Of a stretch of 64,000 nt of DNA, positions 27,586 to 36,173 are shown piece by piece. The stretch comes from a virus, in IMG/VR virus record IMGVR_UViG_3300045738_002140, positions 50,177-114,176 of that record; one strand, written 5' to 3'. A model generated the notes under the pieces. That model worked only from the letters and a program-made list of their open reading frames with translations, had not been told where the DNA came from and ran no database searches. Numbering within the stretch: position 1 is the first letter of the stretch; each line of letters opens with the position of its first letter. Position numbers and translations under genes: made by a program.

Positions 27586-29992
27586 AAAAAAGAACGAGCT
27601 GATAAGGAGATGGCATAAAGAACAATGCAGACATGTAGACTCTTTAATTCACAGCATTACGGAGATCCTGCCCAAGAAAGACTCCTATAATATAATAGAT
27701 ATTGGCAGCAACACAGGGAGATTTTTTGTAAACCTTTCAAAAAAAATAAAGATAAACAAAGGTATCCTAATAGAACCATCAGTTGACCTATACCGCTTTT
27801 CTAAAAGAAACCTATACAAAAACAAAAAAGTTAAAATATATAACTACGGACTAGCCTCAAAAACAAAGAGCGTTAACTTTTATAGCGCACTTAGCTCAAA
27901 CAAAAAGGTAGACGAATCAGACCTTAACCTTGGCCTAGACAAAGTTGTCGGACACGGGGGAGAGGAAGTCACATTTTATAGCCTTGACGACCTAGTCGCA
28001 GACAAGAGGATCGACCTCAAAGGGCTAGGCGAGGTTGATTTAATTAAAATAGACTGCGAAGGATACGACTACGAAGTGCTTGAAGGTATGTTGGTTTTTC
28101 TGTCGTCGCTTAAGCTCAAACCAGTGATAGTCTTTGAATCAGCCCAAGGAAAACTTGGCGCAGACTTTTCAAATAACGAAAGCCTCATCAGCAAATATAA
28201 CGAGGCAGGCTTTTACTGCGAGGAGCTTTACAAGGGTAGCTCAGACATGTTCTTTGCCCCATCAGGACTAACAAACAAAGATGACTATCCCTCCGACACA
28301 GAAAGCATAACCGTTGTCACGGGAATATGGAACCTAAGAAGAGACAAGGCAGGGAAGGGCTTTAAGAGATCGTTCGACTACTACACAGAAAATTTCATTA
28401 AACTATTGAAGACCGATGTCCCTATGTATATATACATAGAAAAAGAATACGAGAAGTTAGTTTGGGAACATCGATCAAAAACAAATACCCACGTCCACAT
28501 AAAAGAGTCAGCCGAGTTCAAGGACTTCCCCTTTTTCAAGGACGTTCAAAAAATAAGAAAAAGAAAAAGGTGGAAGGGCCAAGCTAGCTGGCTAGCCGAG
28601 AGCACACAGGCGACGATGGAGCTCTACAACCCCATGGTAATGAGCAAGATGTTCATGCTCCATGACGCAAGCCTACTTGATCCATTTGGAAGTGAATACT
28701 TTCTGTGGGTTGACGGAGGCCTAACATCGACCACGCACGAAGGATACTTCACGAAGCACGAGATCATACCTAAAATAAAACCATTCCTAGACAGTTTCTT
28801 ATTCCTTTGCTTTCCATATCACACGGAAGCAGAGATACACGGCTTCGAGAAACGAGCAATGGACACCTATTCAGAAACAAAAAGCGTAGAATGGGTGGCG
28901 AGAGGGGGGCTGTTCGGAGGAAGGAAAGAGTTCATATCCGAGGCGAATGGGCTTTATTACTCTTTACTAGAAACCTCTCTGAGAGAGGGCTTTATGGGCA
29001 CAGAAGAGAGCGTCTTTACCATCATGACGTATTTAAATCCTCAGATTTATAACAGGTTCATGATAAAAGAAGATGGGTTTATTCATACCTTTTTTGAGGA
29101 CATACTAGAAGGCAAGGCTAAGATAGAGGACCCAATTGCGACGGCCAGAAAGCAGAACAAAATAGTAGACCTAAGAAAAATAAAAGCATCTCTATATGTG
29201 ATAACATTTAATTCCCCAGAACAGTTGCAACTACTTCTAAGCTCGTACGAATTACACAAAGACTTCCTGAGCTCTCCTAACCTCACAAAGGTCCTAATAG
29301 ATAACTCGACAAAGAAAAAGGTAGACAAAAAATATAAAGCAATATGTAAAAAATATGGCTTCGAGCACATAAAGAAAGGCAACATAGGCATCTGCGGCGG
29401 AAGACAGCTAGCAGCAGAACACTTTGATAAGTCAGACTCAGACTATATGTTTTTCCTAGAGGACGACATGACCCTTTACCCTCCCCAAAGCCAATTGCTG
29501 TGCGCCAACGGGCTCAAGACTTATGTCGCTGGCCTGTACGAAAAATCCCTGAAGATAATGATTAAAGAAAACTATGACTTTATGAAGCTTTCTTTTACTG
29601 AATTTTTTGGTGACAACACGAACCAGTGGGCGTGGTATAATGTACCGCAAAACAAGAGAGAAGAGTACTGGCCAGACTACAATGAGCTGCCCATCGTTGG
29701 GCTCGATGCAAATTGTCCTAACACAAAATTCAATAATATAAAAAGCCTAGACGGCCTACCATACGTAGACGGAGAAATTTACTACTGTAACTGGCCACAG
29801 GTGGTGAGCAAGGAAGGAAATAAAAAGATGTTCCTTGAAACAACTTGGGGCCACCCATTTGAACAGACTTGGATGTCTTACATATTCCAAAAAACTAAAG
29901 AGGGAGAAATAAAACCAGCTATACTCCTAGCTTCACCCATCCATCACCACAGAGAGCACCATTACAGGGCAAGCGAAAGAGTGGAGTCCTAA
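27575..29992 (+). CDS. three-domain fusion: FkbM methyltransferase + HtrL/YibB-like + GT2-like
   Basis: IDIGSNTG, IKIDCEGYD; ITVVTGIWN, MSKM, WVDGG, GGLFGG; IDNST, GICGGR, FLEDD. Confidence 0.78.
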   Translation: MTSKKKNELIRRWHKEQCRHVDSLIHSITEILPKKDSYNIIDIGSNTGRFFVNLSKKIKINKGILIEPSVDLYRFSKRNLYKNKKVKIYNYGLASKTKSVNFYSALSSNKKVDESDLNLGLDKVVGHGGEEVTFYSLDDLVADKRIDLKGLGEVDLIKIDCEGYDYEVLEGMLVFLSSLKLKPVIVFESAQGKLGADFSNNESLISKYNEAGFYCEELYKGSSDMFFAPSGLTNKDDYPSDTESITVVTGIWNLRRDKAGKGFKRSFDYYTENFIKLLKTDVPMYIYIEKEYEKLVWEHRSKTNTHVHIKESAEFKDFPFFKDVQKIRKRKRWKGQASWLAESTQATMELYNPMVMSKMFMLHDASLLDPFGSEYFLWVDGGLTSTTHEGYFTKHEIIPKIKPFLDSFLFLCFPYHTEAEIHGFEKRAMDTYSETKSVEWVARGGLFGGRKEFISEANGLYYSLLETSLREGFMGTEESVFTIMTYLNPQIYNRFMIKEDGFIHTFFEDILEGKAKIEDPIATARKQNKIVDLRKIKASLYVITFNSPEQLQLLLSSYELHKDFLSSPNLTKVLIDNSTKKKVDKKYKAICKKYGFEHIKKGNIGICGGRQLAAEHFDKSDSDYMFFLEDDMTLYPPQSQLLCANGLKTYVAGLYEKSLKIMIKENYDFMKLSFTEFFGDNTNQWAWYNVPQNKREEYWPDYNELPIVGLDANCPNTKFNNIKSLDGLPYVDGEIYYCNWPQVVSKEGNKKMFLETTWGHPFEQTWMSYIFQKTKEGEIKPAILLASPIHHHREHHYRASERVES

Positions 29993-30315
29993 TAATCCCT
30001 TAAGCCTTTTAGTTGGCCCAATATCAATGGCGTATTTTCGCACCTTATGTATTTTGTTTGAATTGTCCTTGGAAAATCTAGTTCAGTATCGATCCTTACG
30101 CCATCTATTCTCCATTCAGGAAGAACAAAGTCTTCAATGAAGTCAAACCACCCTCTTTTTTTAAGAAATTTATAGTAAATATCTATCTCTTCTTTTTTTG
30201 CTTCTATGACGACAGAGTAATCGAGATCCTCTTTAGCTATCATAGTTACGTGCCTAAAGTACAGCCCCTCCGATGGAGGGTCTGACGTAAGTCCCGATGA
30301 GATGATTAAATTCAT
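29989..30315 (-). CDS. hypothetical protein
   Basis: Start MNLIISS downstream of GTGTAA. Confidence 0.6.
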   Translation of the reverse strand: MNLIISSGLTSDPPSEGLYFRHVTMIAKEDLDYSVVIEAKKEEIDIYYKFLKKRGWFDFIEDFVLPEWRIDGVRIDTELDFPRTIQTKYIRCENTPLILGQLKGLRDY

Positions 30316-30323
30316 AATTATAT

Positions 30324-30340
30324 TTACACTTAAGGTGTAA
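30324..30340. promoter_or_regulatory. divergent pair of GTGTAA elements
   Basis: TTACAC-TTAAG-GTGTAA between divergent genes. Confidence 0.55.
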
Positions 30341-30343
30341 TTT

Positions 30344-30592
30344 ATGGCGACACAACGAGTCATGCTTTATCTAGGGTATCACATAGAAATCAAGAGCAAA
30401 GACTATTCAATGACCCCATTTGCTAAAGCGCATTGGGCTTCTAAAATAATTACTATTTACGACCCCAAAAAACAAATAAATGAAGCCTTTTGTACAATGA
30501 TGATACAGTATCTATATGACGAGGGGTTTATAGAGGACAGAAGAACTGACGTAGAAATCGTAGACAGCGGCTGGGATATCAGACAGGAGTAA
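30344..30592 (+). CDS. hypothetical protein
   Basis: ORF; YLYDEGFI; alternative start 30362. Confidence 0.6.
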   Translation: MATQRVMLYLGYHIEIKSKDYSMTPFAKAHWASKIITIYDPKKQINEAFCTMMIQYLYDEGFIEDRRTDVEIVDSGWDIRQE

Positions 30593-30783
30593 AGACAAGT
30601 AAGTGAAAAAAATACCGTGGCACTTAGAGCTGTGGATAAGATGTTTCTTTAGATGTATCTTCAGATTCAAGTGGAACGTACTGCCTTGGATAGTCAAAAA
30701 TATTGTCAGAAATATAAAAGAATTATTAAAAAAATGATTTTTGAACCGCGACGAAAATAAAACTCAGGGTGGACGATATATTC

Positions 30784-30789
30784 GTGTAA
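30784..30789 (+). promoter_or_regulatory. GTGTAA putative phage promoter element
   Basis: 21 nt before ATG 30811. Confidence 0.5.
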
Positions 30790-30810
30790 ATATTCAAAGG
30801 AATAAGGAAA

Positions 30811-31455
30811 ATGATCTCGCACGAACATAAAGCCATATTGATACACATCCCCAAAACAGGAGGGTCATCATTCGAAAGGCTCCTGTGTGGCCAAGTTTTT
30901 GACCACCCGACTGTCAGTCGCATGCCTAATGCCCAAGGCTTCCAACATCTCGACGCAAGAGAAATGAAAGCAAGCTTCGGTAGAGAAATATGGGAAGAGT
31001 ACTTCACATTTAGCTTCGTCAGGAATCCTTGGGATTTGATGGTTTCTCTTTATGCCTTTCTTCTCACCGAACACTGGCCCGGCAAGTATCTTTACTATCA
31101 TGACGTATTTAAAACGGGAGTCCGGGAAGGCATCCAGTCGGATGGCCCGATTAGCTTCGAAGACTTTATTGACAGGGCGCCTACGTTTAACAGATACTCA
31201 ACCGCAGGGCAACTAACGTACCTTGTCGATAGAAGAGGCAAAATAGAGCTAGACTTCATAGGTCGGTTCGAGAATTACGCGGAAGATGCAGAGAAAATCC
31301 TGAAAACCCTAGGGGTTAAAGAGAAAATAGGGCACGATAAAAAGTCAGAACACAACCACTACTCCACATATTACAATGAAAGAACAAAAGACAAAATATA
31401 CAAGCTCTTCAGGCGAGACATTAAATACTTTGGATACGAATTCGAAAAAGAATAA
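30811..31455 (+). CDS. sulfotransferase (Sulfotransfer_2 family)
   Basis: HIPKTGGSS (5'-PSB), FVRNPWDLMVS (3'-PB), DFIGRFE. Confidence 0.92.
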   Translation: MISHEHKAILIHIPKTGGSSFERLLCGQVFDHPTVSRMPNAQGFQHLDAREMKASFGREIWEEYFTFSFVRNPWDLMVSLYAFLLTEHWPGKYLYYHDVFKTGVREGIQSDGPISFEDFIDRAPTFNRYSTAGQLTYLVDRRGKIELDFIGRFENYAEDAEKILKTLGVKEKIGHDKKSEHNHYSTYYNERTKDKIYKLFRRDIKYFGYEFEKE

Positions 31456-31615
31456 ATACAAGCATCAGAAAAAGTATTTCAGCACAGAAAAGGGCTCGAA
31501 TAGCCTCGACAAAGCCAGAAAATCCTACGACAATCGAGACCCAGAGAGAAGGAGGAAGCAGAAAAGAGAATATATGAGAAGAAAACGGGCAGAGGACCCT
31601 AGTATCTGGAGGTAA
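31376..31615 (+). CDS. small basic protein
   Basis: Lys/Arg-rich ORF, start uncertain. Confidence 0.45.
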   Translation: MKEQKTKYTSSSGETLNTLDTNSKKNKYKHQKKYFSTEKGSNSLDKARKSYDNRDPERRRKQKREYMRRKRAEDPSIWR

Positions 31616-31638
31616 TGCATACTTAGCGAAGAAAATAT

Positions 31639-31644
31639 GTGTAA
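31639..31644 (+). promoter_or_regulatory. GTGTAA putative phage promoter element
   Basis: 15 nt before ATG 31660. Confidence 0.5.
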
Positions 31645-31659
31645 ATAGAAAAGACAATT

Positions 31660-33828
31660 ATGCCTAGGAAAACGATTAAAGTAGCGGGCGGAGGGGGATA
31701 CTCAAAACCCACTTACCCGAAGAACCCCACCTCTGAAATCAAGGTCATCAAGGGTGTGAAAAAATCGGTCCCGATCAAAAGACCGTATCCCAAGACCCCC
31801 TCAGTCGTAAAGCCAATGACCAACCTATCCAACGGCAGGAAAGTTGGAAAAGGGGCACGCATTACCACCCTAGAAAACCCAAACGCTACACAAAAGAAAG
31901 CCGGCAACATAGTTCAACAAGGATCAGTTCCGGTGGGGACCAACGTTAATCAGGCAAATAACAGCGGGCCGAGCGGCACCAATCCCCTGCAAAAAGCGGT
32001 AAACAATACGTACATAAAAGAACCCCAAGCAACCAAAACGTCCGATCTACCCACGACTAGGAACGTAATCAAAGCAGCCAAAAAGGAAGGCACCGACGGC
32101 CGTAAAATTAAAAAGATTGCAGGAACCTCTGGCGTGCCCGGCATCGCCTCTAAAATCCAACTGCCCGGCATAAGCGGAGGAAACACTTCGCCAGAAGGAC
32201 CGCCCGGCAACAGGCTTCAACACCAAACCTTCGGCGAAACTTTAAACGTTGTTAAAACCAAAGTTACCAAAGCAGAAAACCCTGCGCTTACCCCGGGCGA
32301 GAATCAAACGACCACGGGCCAACCGGTCAACATTGGCAAGAGTGGAAAAAAGGGAGGAAACATTCCCGACATACCAAAGCAACCTAAGGGCGGCGGTCAA
32401 CAAGGCGGCGGCAACCCCGGCAAAAAAGCGGCAAGGAAGCTGAAGAATAAAATAATCCCAATTGACCTTAACGACCCCAGCAAAGGCACGAAGACCATAA
32501 CGATCCTAAAAAATGACCCCAAGAAAAGCAATAAAAACACCCTCAACAACCTCCCCAAGGTCGAGCCCAAGCCGAAGGCTAAAAAACCCAAGATTGAGAA
32601 GACCATGCCCGCAAAAATACTGCCTAAGCAAACAAACGGAAGACTTCTCAAGAAAGCCGTGCAGACGAACCTAAACGGAACAACAGACCCCATCAGCGAG
32701 CTGCCAGTACAAAAAGTTAAGCCACGCCCAAAAACGAAGGTTACTCCAACAACAGAGGTGACTACGCCAGTCGTCACTATCGTGCCAAAAAAGAAACCGA
32801 AACCGAAGCTACCCCCGAAGAAAGAGCCCAAGAAACAGCCGCCACCAGAAAAGCGGCCGAAGAAGCAGATCATCATCGTCGATCCGATCGTCGATCCAAT
32901 TCCACAAAAACCAACCGGCAGGAAGGTAAAGAATCCTAAAGTAATCATTGACATTGAGCCCGGCTGCGCCGTCCTTAGCGGCCCGGGAGACTCAGGTATG
33001 TGGGCGCTCCCCAGAATGATTAATGGAAAAATGGTTCCCGGCACATCGAACTTTGGCATCCGAGTAGCAAAGGTGGTCACCTATGGTCAGGCAACGACTG
33101 CCCGGGTAACCCGTGGGGGCCCAAGAGGTCCCCAAGTAAACCCGCAAACTGTTTCCCGAATTGAGTTTCCAGAAGAGGCCTTTCTCCTTCAAGTTCAGTG
33201 GCTAGAAAGACCACCCGAAGCTGGCACCTTTGTATTCAGAAATATCCCAAGCACAGGTATACCCGCAGCCCTTAACCCAAATAATATAAACAGTGGTGGG
33301 TTTTTCATGTCTCCAAAAAAGAACGGCGAATGGCAGATTTTTCAATCGATCACAGGACATCTTGGCGGCGGAAACATGATGACCGCGTCTGCGCAGTACG
33401 GATCCAATGGCCCCGGACTTATGCTGGGTGGCATCCAAACAAAACAGAGTCTCACAAACTCGTACGGGATCGCCAACGGGATGTCAGGAAAAGAACTTAC
33501 CGAGGCCTTGGCTATGAGAAGATCGGAGCTTGTGATGATGGCTCAGATTGCACGGGCGAGCGGAATCTGGGAGGTTGGCGGTGCCATGCGGGCTTACGGA
33601 CCGAAAGGCGAGAGGCTCTTGACCGGCACGCTGGCACACCACTACAAGCAAATGTCAATTAGAGGGACGATCGGCGACCCGAACTATGGCGGAGGCGCTT
33701 CAGTTGAGGTCGGCCTGAGGGCCAAGCAGGGGAGCAATATCAATTGGAATGTCAATATAGGCTATGGCGACAGCGGCGAGGGGCGGGTAACCTTCGGGAT
33801 CGATCTGCTGCCTTTCTTCAATAGGTGA
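31660..33828 (+). CDS. large protein: ~430-aa K/P/T/G/N-rich disordered region + Gly-rich beta-like C-terminal domain
   Basis: 722-aa ORF, composition visible in translation. Confidence 0.75.
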   Translation: MPRKTIKVAGGGGYSKPTYPKNPTSEIKVIKGVKKSVPIKRPYPKTPSVVKPMTNLSNGRKVGKGARITTLENPNATQKKAGNIVQQGSVPVGTNVNQANNSGPSGTNPLQKAVNNTYIKEPQATKTSDLPTTRNVIKAAKKEGTDGRKIKKIAGTSGVPGIASKIQLPGISGGNTSPEGPPGNRLQHQTFGETLNVVKTKVTKAENPALTPGENQTTTGQPVNIGKSGKKGGNIPDIPKQPKGGGQQGGGNPGKKAARKLKNKIIPIDLNDPSKGTKTITILKNDPKKSNKNTLNNLPKVEPKPKAKKPKIEKTMPAKILPKQTNGRLLKKAVQTNLNGTTDPISELPVQKVKPRPKTKVTPTTEVTTPVVTIVPKKKPKPKLPPKKEPKKQPPPEKRPKKQIIIVDPIVDPIPQKPTGRKVKNPKVIIDIEPGCAVLSGPGDSGMWALPRMINGKMVPGTSNFGIRVAKVVTYGQATTARVTRGGPRGPQVNPQTVSRIEFPEEAFLLQVQWLERPPEAGTFVFRNIPSTGIPAALNPNNINSGGFFMSPKKNGEWQIFQSITGHLGGGNMMTASAQYGSNGPGLMLGGIQTKQSLTNSYGIANGMSGKELTEALAMRRSELVMMAQIARASGIWEVGGAMRAYGPKGERLLTGTLAHHYKQMSIRGTIGDPNYGGGASVEVGLRAKQGSNINWNVNIGYGDSGEGRVTFGIDLLPFFNR

Positions 33829-33852
33829 TACCGACGAAACTACTTTTTTTTG

Positions 33853-33858
33853 GTGTAA
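33853..33858 (+). promoter_or_regulatory. GTGTAA putative phage promoter element
   Basis: 8 nt before ATG 33867. Confidence 0.5.
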
Positions 33859-33866
33859 TTTAGTTC

Positions 33867-34175
33867 ATGAGAAAGGAGCTATCTCAAGCTATCGACAGCC
33901 TTGTTGTCCAGTCAAAATTTGAAGGAATTGACCTTACAATAAAAGAAGGACTAGGTAACGCCGCAATAATAGCCAATATATCTGCCCAAAAAGTAGCGCT
34001 TTTAGGGATAGACGACAAAAACTCCATACACGCGCTAATGATTGACATAAACAGGTGGAAATGGGCAGAAGATGAAGGCTTCACCATGGAAGACGTAGTA
34101 GAGAAGCTTTCTGACGAAATATTCACAGAAGTACGCCTCCACAGGCTAGTATATGAGCTCAATAAAAAACAATAG
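33867..34175 (+). CDS. hypothetical protein
   Basis: ORF. Confidence 0.65.
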   Translation: MRKELSQAIDSLVVQSKFEGIDLTIKEGLGNAAIIANISAQKVALLGIDDKNSIHALMIDINRWKWAEDEGFTMEDVVEKLSDEIFTEVRLHRLVYELNKKQ

Positions 34176-34203
34176 AAATTTCCCCTGAAAATTACTATTA
34201 TTT

Positions 34204-34362
34204 ATGATGATCAGAAAAAAAGAAAAATACTACCTAGTGCTTTCCAAATCAAGGAACTACAGGATGGGGGTTTATCCCTATACGGAAGAAGGGAAGAAAC
34301 AGGCAGAAGAGTTCGTAAAAAAGAACAAGAAAACAGAAGAGCTCTATATAGTTGAGAAGTAA
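34204..34362 (+). CDS. small hypothetical protein (52 aa, not in track)
   Basis: MMIRKKEKYYLVLSKSRNYRMGVYPYTEEGKKQAEEF... Confidence 0.55.
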   Translation: MMIRKKEKYYLVLSKSRNYRMGVYPYTEEGKKQAEEFVKKNKKTEELYIVEK

Positions 34363-34441
34363 TGTCACACCTTCACTGTGTCATTTTGTCACACAAACTA
34401 TAAAATATACCACCTTCTCTTGTCTTAATTCAAAAACAAGC

Positions 34442-34457
34442 TGGCACGCTACCTGCT
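34442..34457 (+). promoter_or_regulatory. sigma54 (-24/-12) promoter of hsp20
   Basis: TGGCACG-CTAC-CTGCT, GG-N10-GC spacing. Confidence 0.7.
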
Positions 34458-34471
34458 GAATAGGATGTATT

Positions 34472-34795
34472 ATGAATACATCACTATATACCAATAGGTT
34501 ATTTAACGACCTATTCGATACCCTTAGCTTGGATTCCAGAATCCACCCATCAGAGGAGGCTTACGAGTTTAATGTCAATTTGGCTGGCTTTAAAAAAGAA
34601 AACGTAAAAGTTAAAGCCGAAGACGGACTACTCCACATCAGCGTAGAGCAGGGTGACAGGAGCTACTCCAGATATTTCACAGTCCCAGACAAGGCAGACC
34701 CTACAGCCACGGTAATAAAATACGAAGAAGGTTTATTGCACGTCAAATTTATTAAAAATGAAAAAGAAAAAGGGGTGAATATAGCAGTAAATTAA
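34472..34795 (+). CDS. small heat shock protein (Hsp20/alpha-crystallin)
   Basis: NLAGFKKENVKVKAEDGLLHI, YEEGLLHV. Confidence 0.92.
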   Translation: MNTSLYTNRLFNDLFDTLSLDSRIHPSEEAYEFNVNLAGFKKENVKVKAEDGLLHISVEQGDRSYSRYFTVPDKADPTATVIKYEEGLLHVKFIKNEKEKGVNIAVN

Positions 34796-34831
34796 AGTTG
34801 AAAAACAAAAACCAACCCATATCATTATAGT

Positions 34832-34973
34832 ACATACCAAAAGAACGCTTGTTTGGAAAGTGAGCGCACCTAGAGACTGGGTAAAAAGAGCGTTGTTTTT
34901 ACCCGGCTCTCTTCTCCAAACAAATCTAGGTACTACTAAGCCGGCCTTTGATCTGAGGGCCGGTTTTTTTTTT
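34832..34973 (+). ncRNA. candidate ~140-nt pseudoknotted ncRNA with intrinsic terminator
   Basis: TTGAAA-16-TATCAT (34798-34825); long rod 34849-34923; terminator GCCGGCCTT/AGGGCCGGT + T tract. Confidence 0.7.
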
Positions 34974-35078
34974 GAAAAACTGAATTTTAAACCGAAGGGG
35001 CTTTTTTTGCTTGGGTGGACGATATATATTGTTTTTTTTGATTTAGTGTGACTTTTAGTCTAAAATAATTAGACAAAA

Positions 35079-36173
35079 ATGGAAAGAGAAGACGAAATAA
35101 GAAAAGCCGTTAATTCCTTTGGCCAAGACGATACGACGTACAAAATACCTTCTAATAAAAAAGGTAAAATAAACCTTGGGACACAGGTGACCTTCTCCAC
35201 GCACAGAAGCGGATGGGCTTACGCTATGAGAGCCCTCAAGCCCATCCACAACAAGAAAGGGGTCTATTTTCACGGTTTTCTTGAAGATGTTTTTTGTTGG
35301 AGAAAGAACTCGTACGAAGAGGGAGGACTTCTGCCATTCAAGCATAAATGGTGCGGTTTTTTACATAACCCCGCCTCTGAACCTAATCGCCATCCAAATT
35401 GGTTTTGGGATATGTACTCTGGCCGAGAAATAATTAAATCAGACGCTTTTAAATACAGTTTGGATAACTGCATAGGGCTATGGACGCTCTCAGAAAGTCA
35501 TGCCGAGTTCTTGAGGAAAGAAACAGGGAAAACCATATCTTCACTGATTCACCCTTCGGAGATACCAGAAGTGCAGTTTGACTTCAACAAATTTAAAGAA
35601 AATAAATCAAAAAGAATAATAAACATTGGATATTGGCTTAGAAAAATAAACTCTATTGACATTTTGCCGGTTCATGTAGATAAGTACATCAAGACAAGGG
35701 TATTACCATTCCACAAAGATAGTGTAGCTTATGGACATTTTCTTACGTTAAAAAAACTTGAGTTCAAACATGAGCATTGGTTACGCTCAGCGTGGGGAAA
35801 GTACAATAACGAATCATACAACAGAGTAGACGAACTGAACAGAATCCCTGACGAAGATTACGACAATCTTTTTGTTGACAATATAGCTTTCTTAGACATG
35901 TACGACTCTAGCGCAAACAATGCGGTGATAGAGTGCATAGCTCGTTGTACGCCGCTATTAGTTAACCGGATTCCTTCCATAGTGGAGTATCTTGGGGTAA
36001 ATTATCCGTTTTATTTTGAATCTTTAGAAGAGGCCGCAGAAAAGGCAATGGACGAGAACTTAATAAAAGTTACAAGCGAGCACATGAGGCACAACGTAAA
36101 AACGAGAAAGAAGCTCACACCAGAAGCCTTTCTCAAAGATTTTGTAAATAGCGAGGTATACAAAAAAATATGA
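35079..36173 (+). CDS. GT-B-like putative glycosyltransferase
   Basis: IGYWLRK, DSSANNAVIECIARCTPLLVN resembles GT4 C-terminal domain. Confidence 0.55.
   Translation: MEREDEIRKAVNSFGQDDTTYKIPSNKKGKINLGTQVTFSTHRSGWAYAMRALKPIHNKKGVYFHGFLEDVFCWRKNSYEEGGLLPFKHKWCGFLHNPASEPNRHPNWFWDMYSGREIIKSDAFKYSLDNCIGLWTLSESHAEFLRKETGKTISSLIHPSEIPEVQFDFNKFKENKSKRIINIGYWLRKINSIDILPVHVDKYIKTRVLPFHKDSVAYGHFLTLKKLEFKHEHWLRSAWGKYNNESYNRVDELNRIPDEDYDNLFVDNIAFLDMYDSSANNAVIECIARCTPLLVNRIPSIVEYLGVNYPFYFESLEEAAEKAMDENLIKVTSEHMRHNVKTRKKLTPEAFLKDFVNSEVYKKI

Noticed and set aside
30603-30737. 44-aa cationic amphipathic ORF resembling an antimicrobial peptide
   Set aside because: Short, GTG start, no supporting signals; cannot be distinguished from chance
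32397-33080. 227-aa antisense Phe/Gly-rich ORF (and similar antisense ORFs at 6032, 41394, 19647)
   Set aside because: Mirror of the biased codons of the sense gene, with no independent motifs
34860-35051. 63-aa ORF in the track
   Set aside because: It runs through the structured RNA and its terminator; better explained as non-coding
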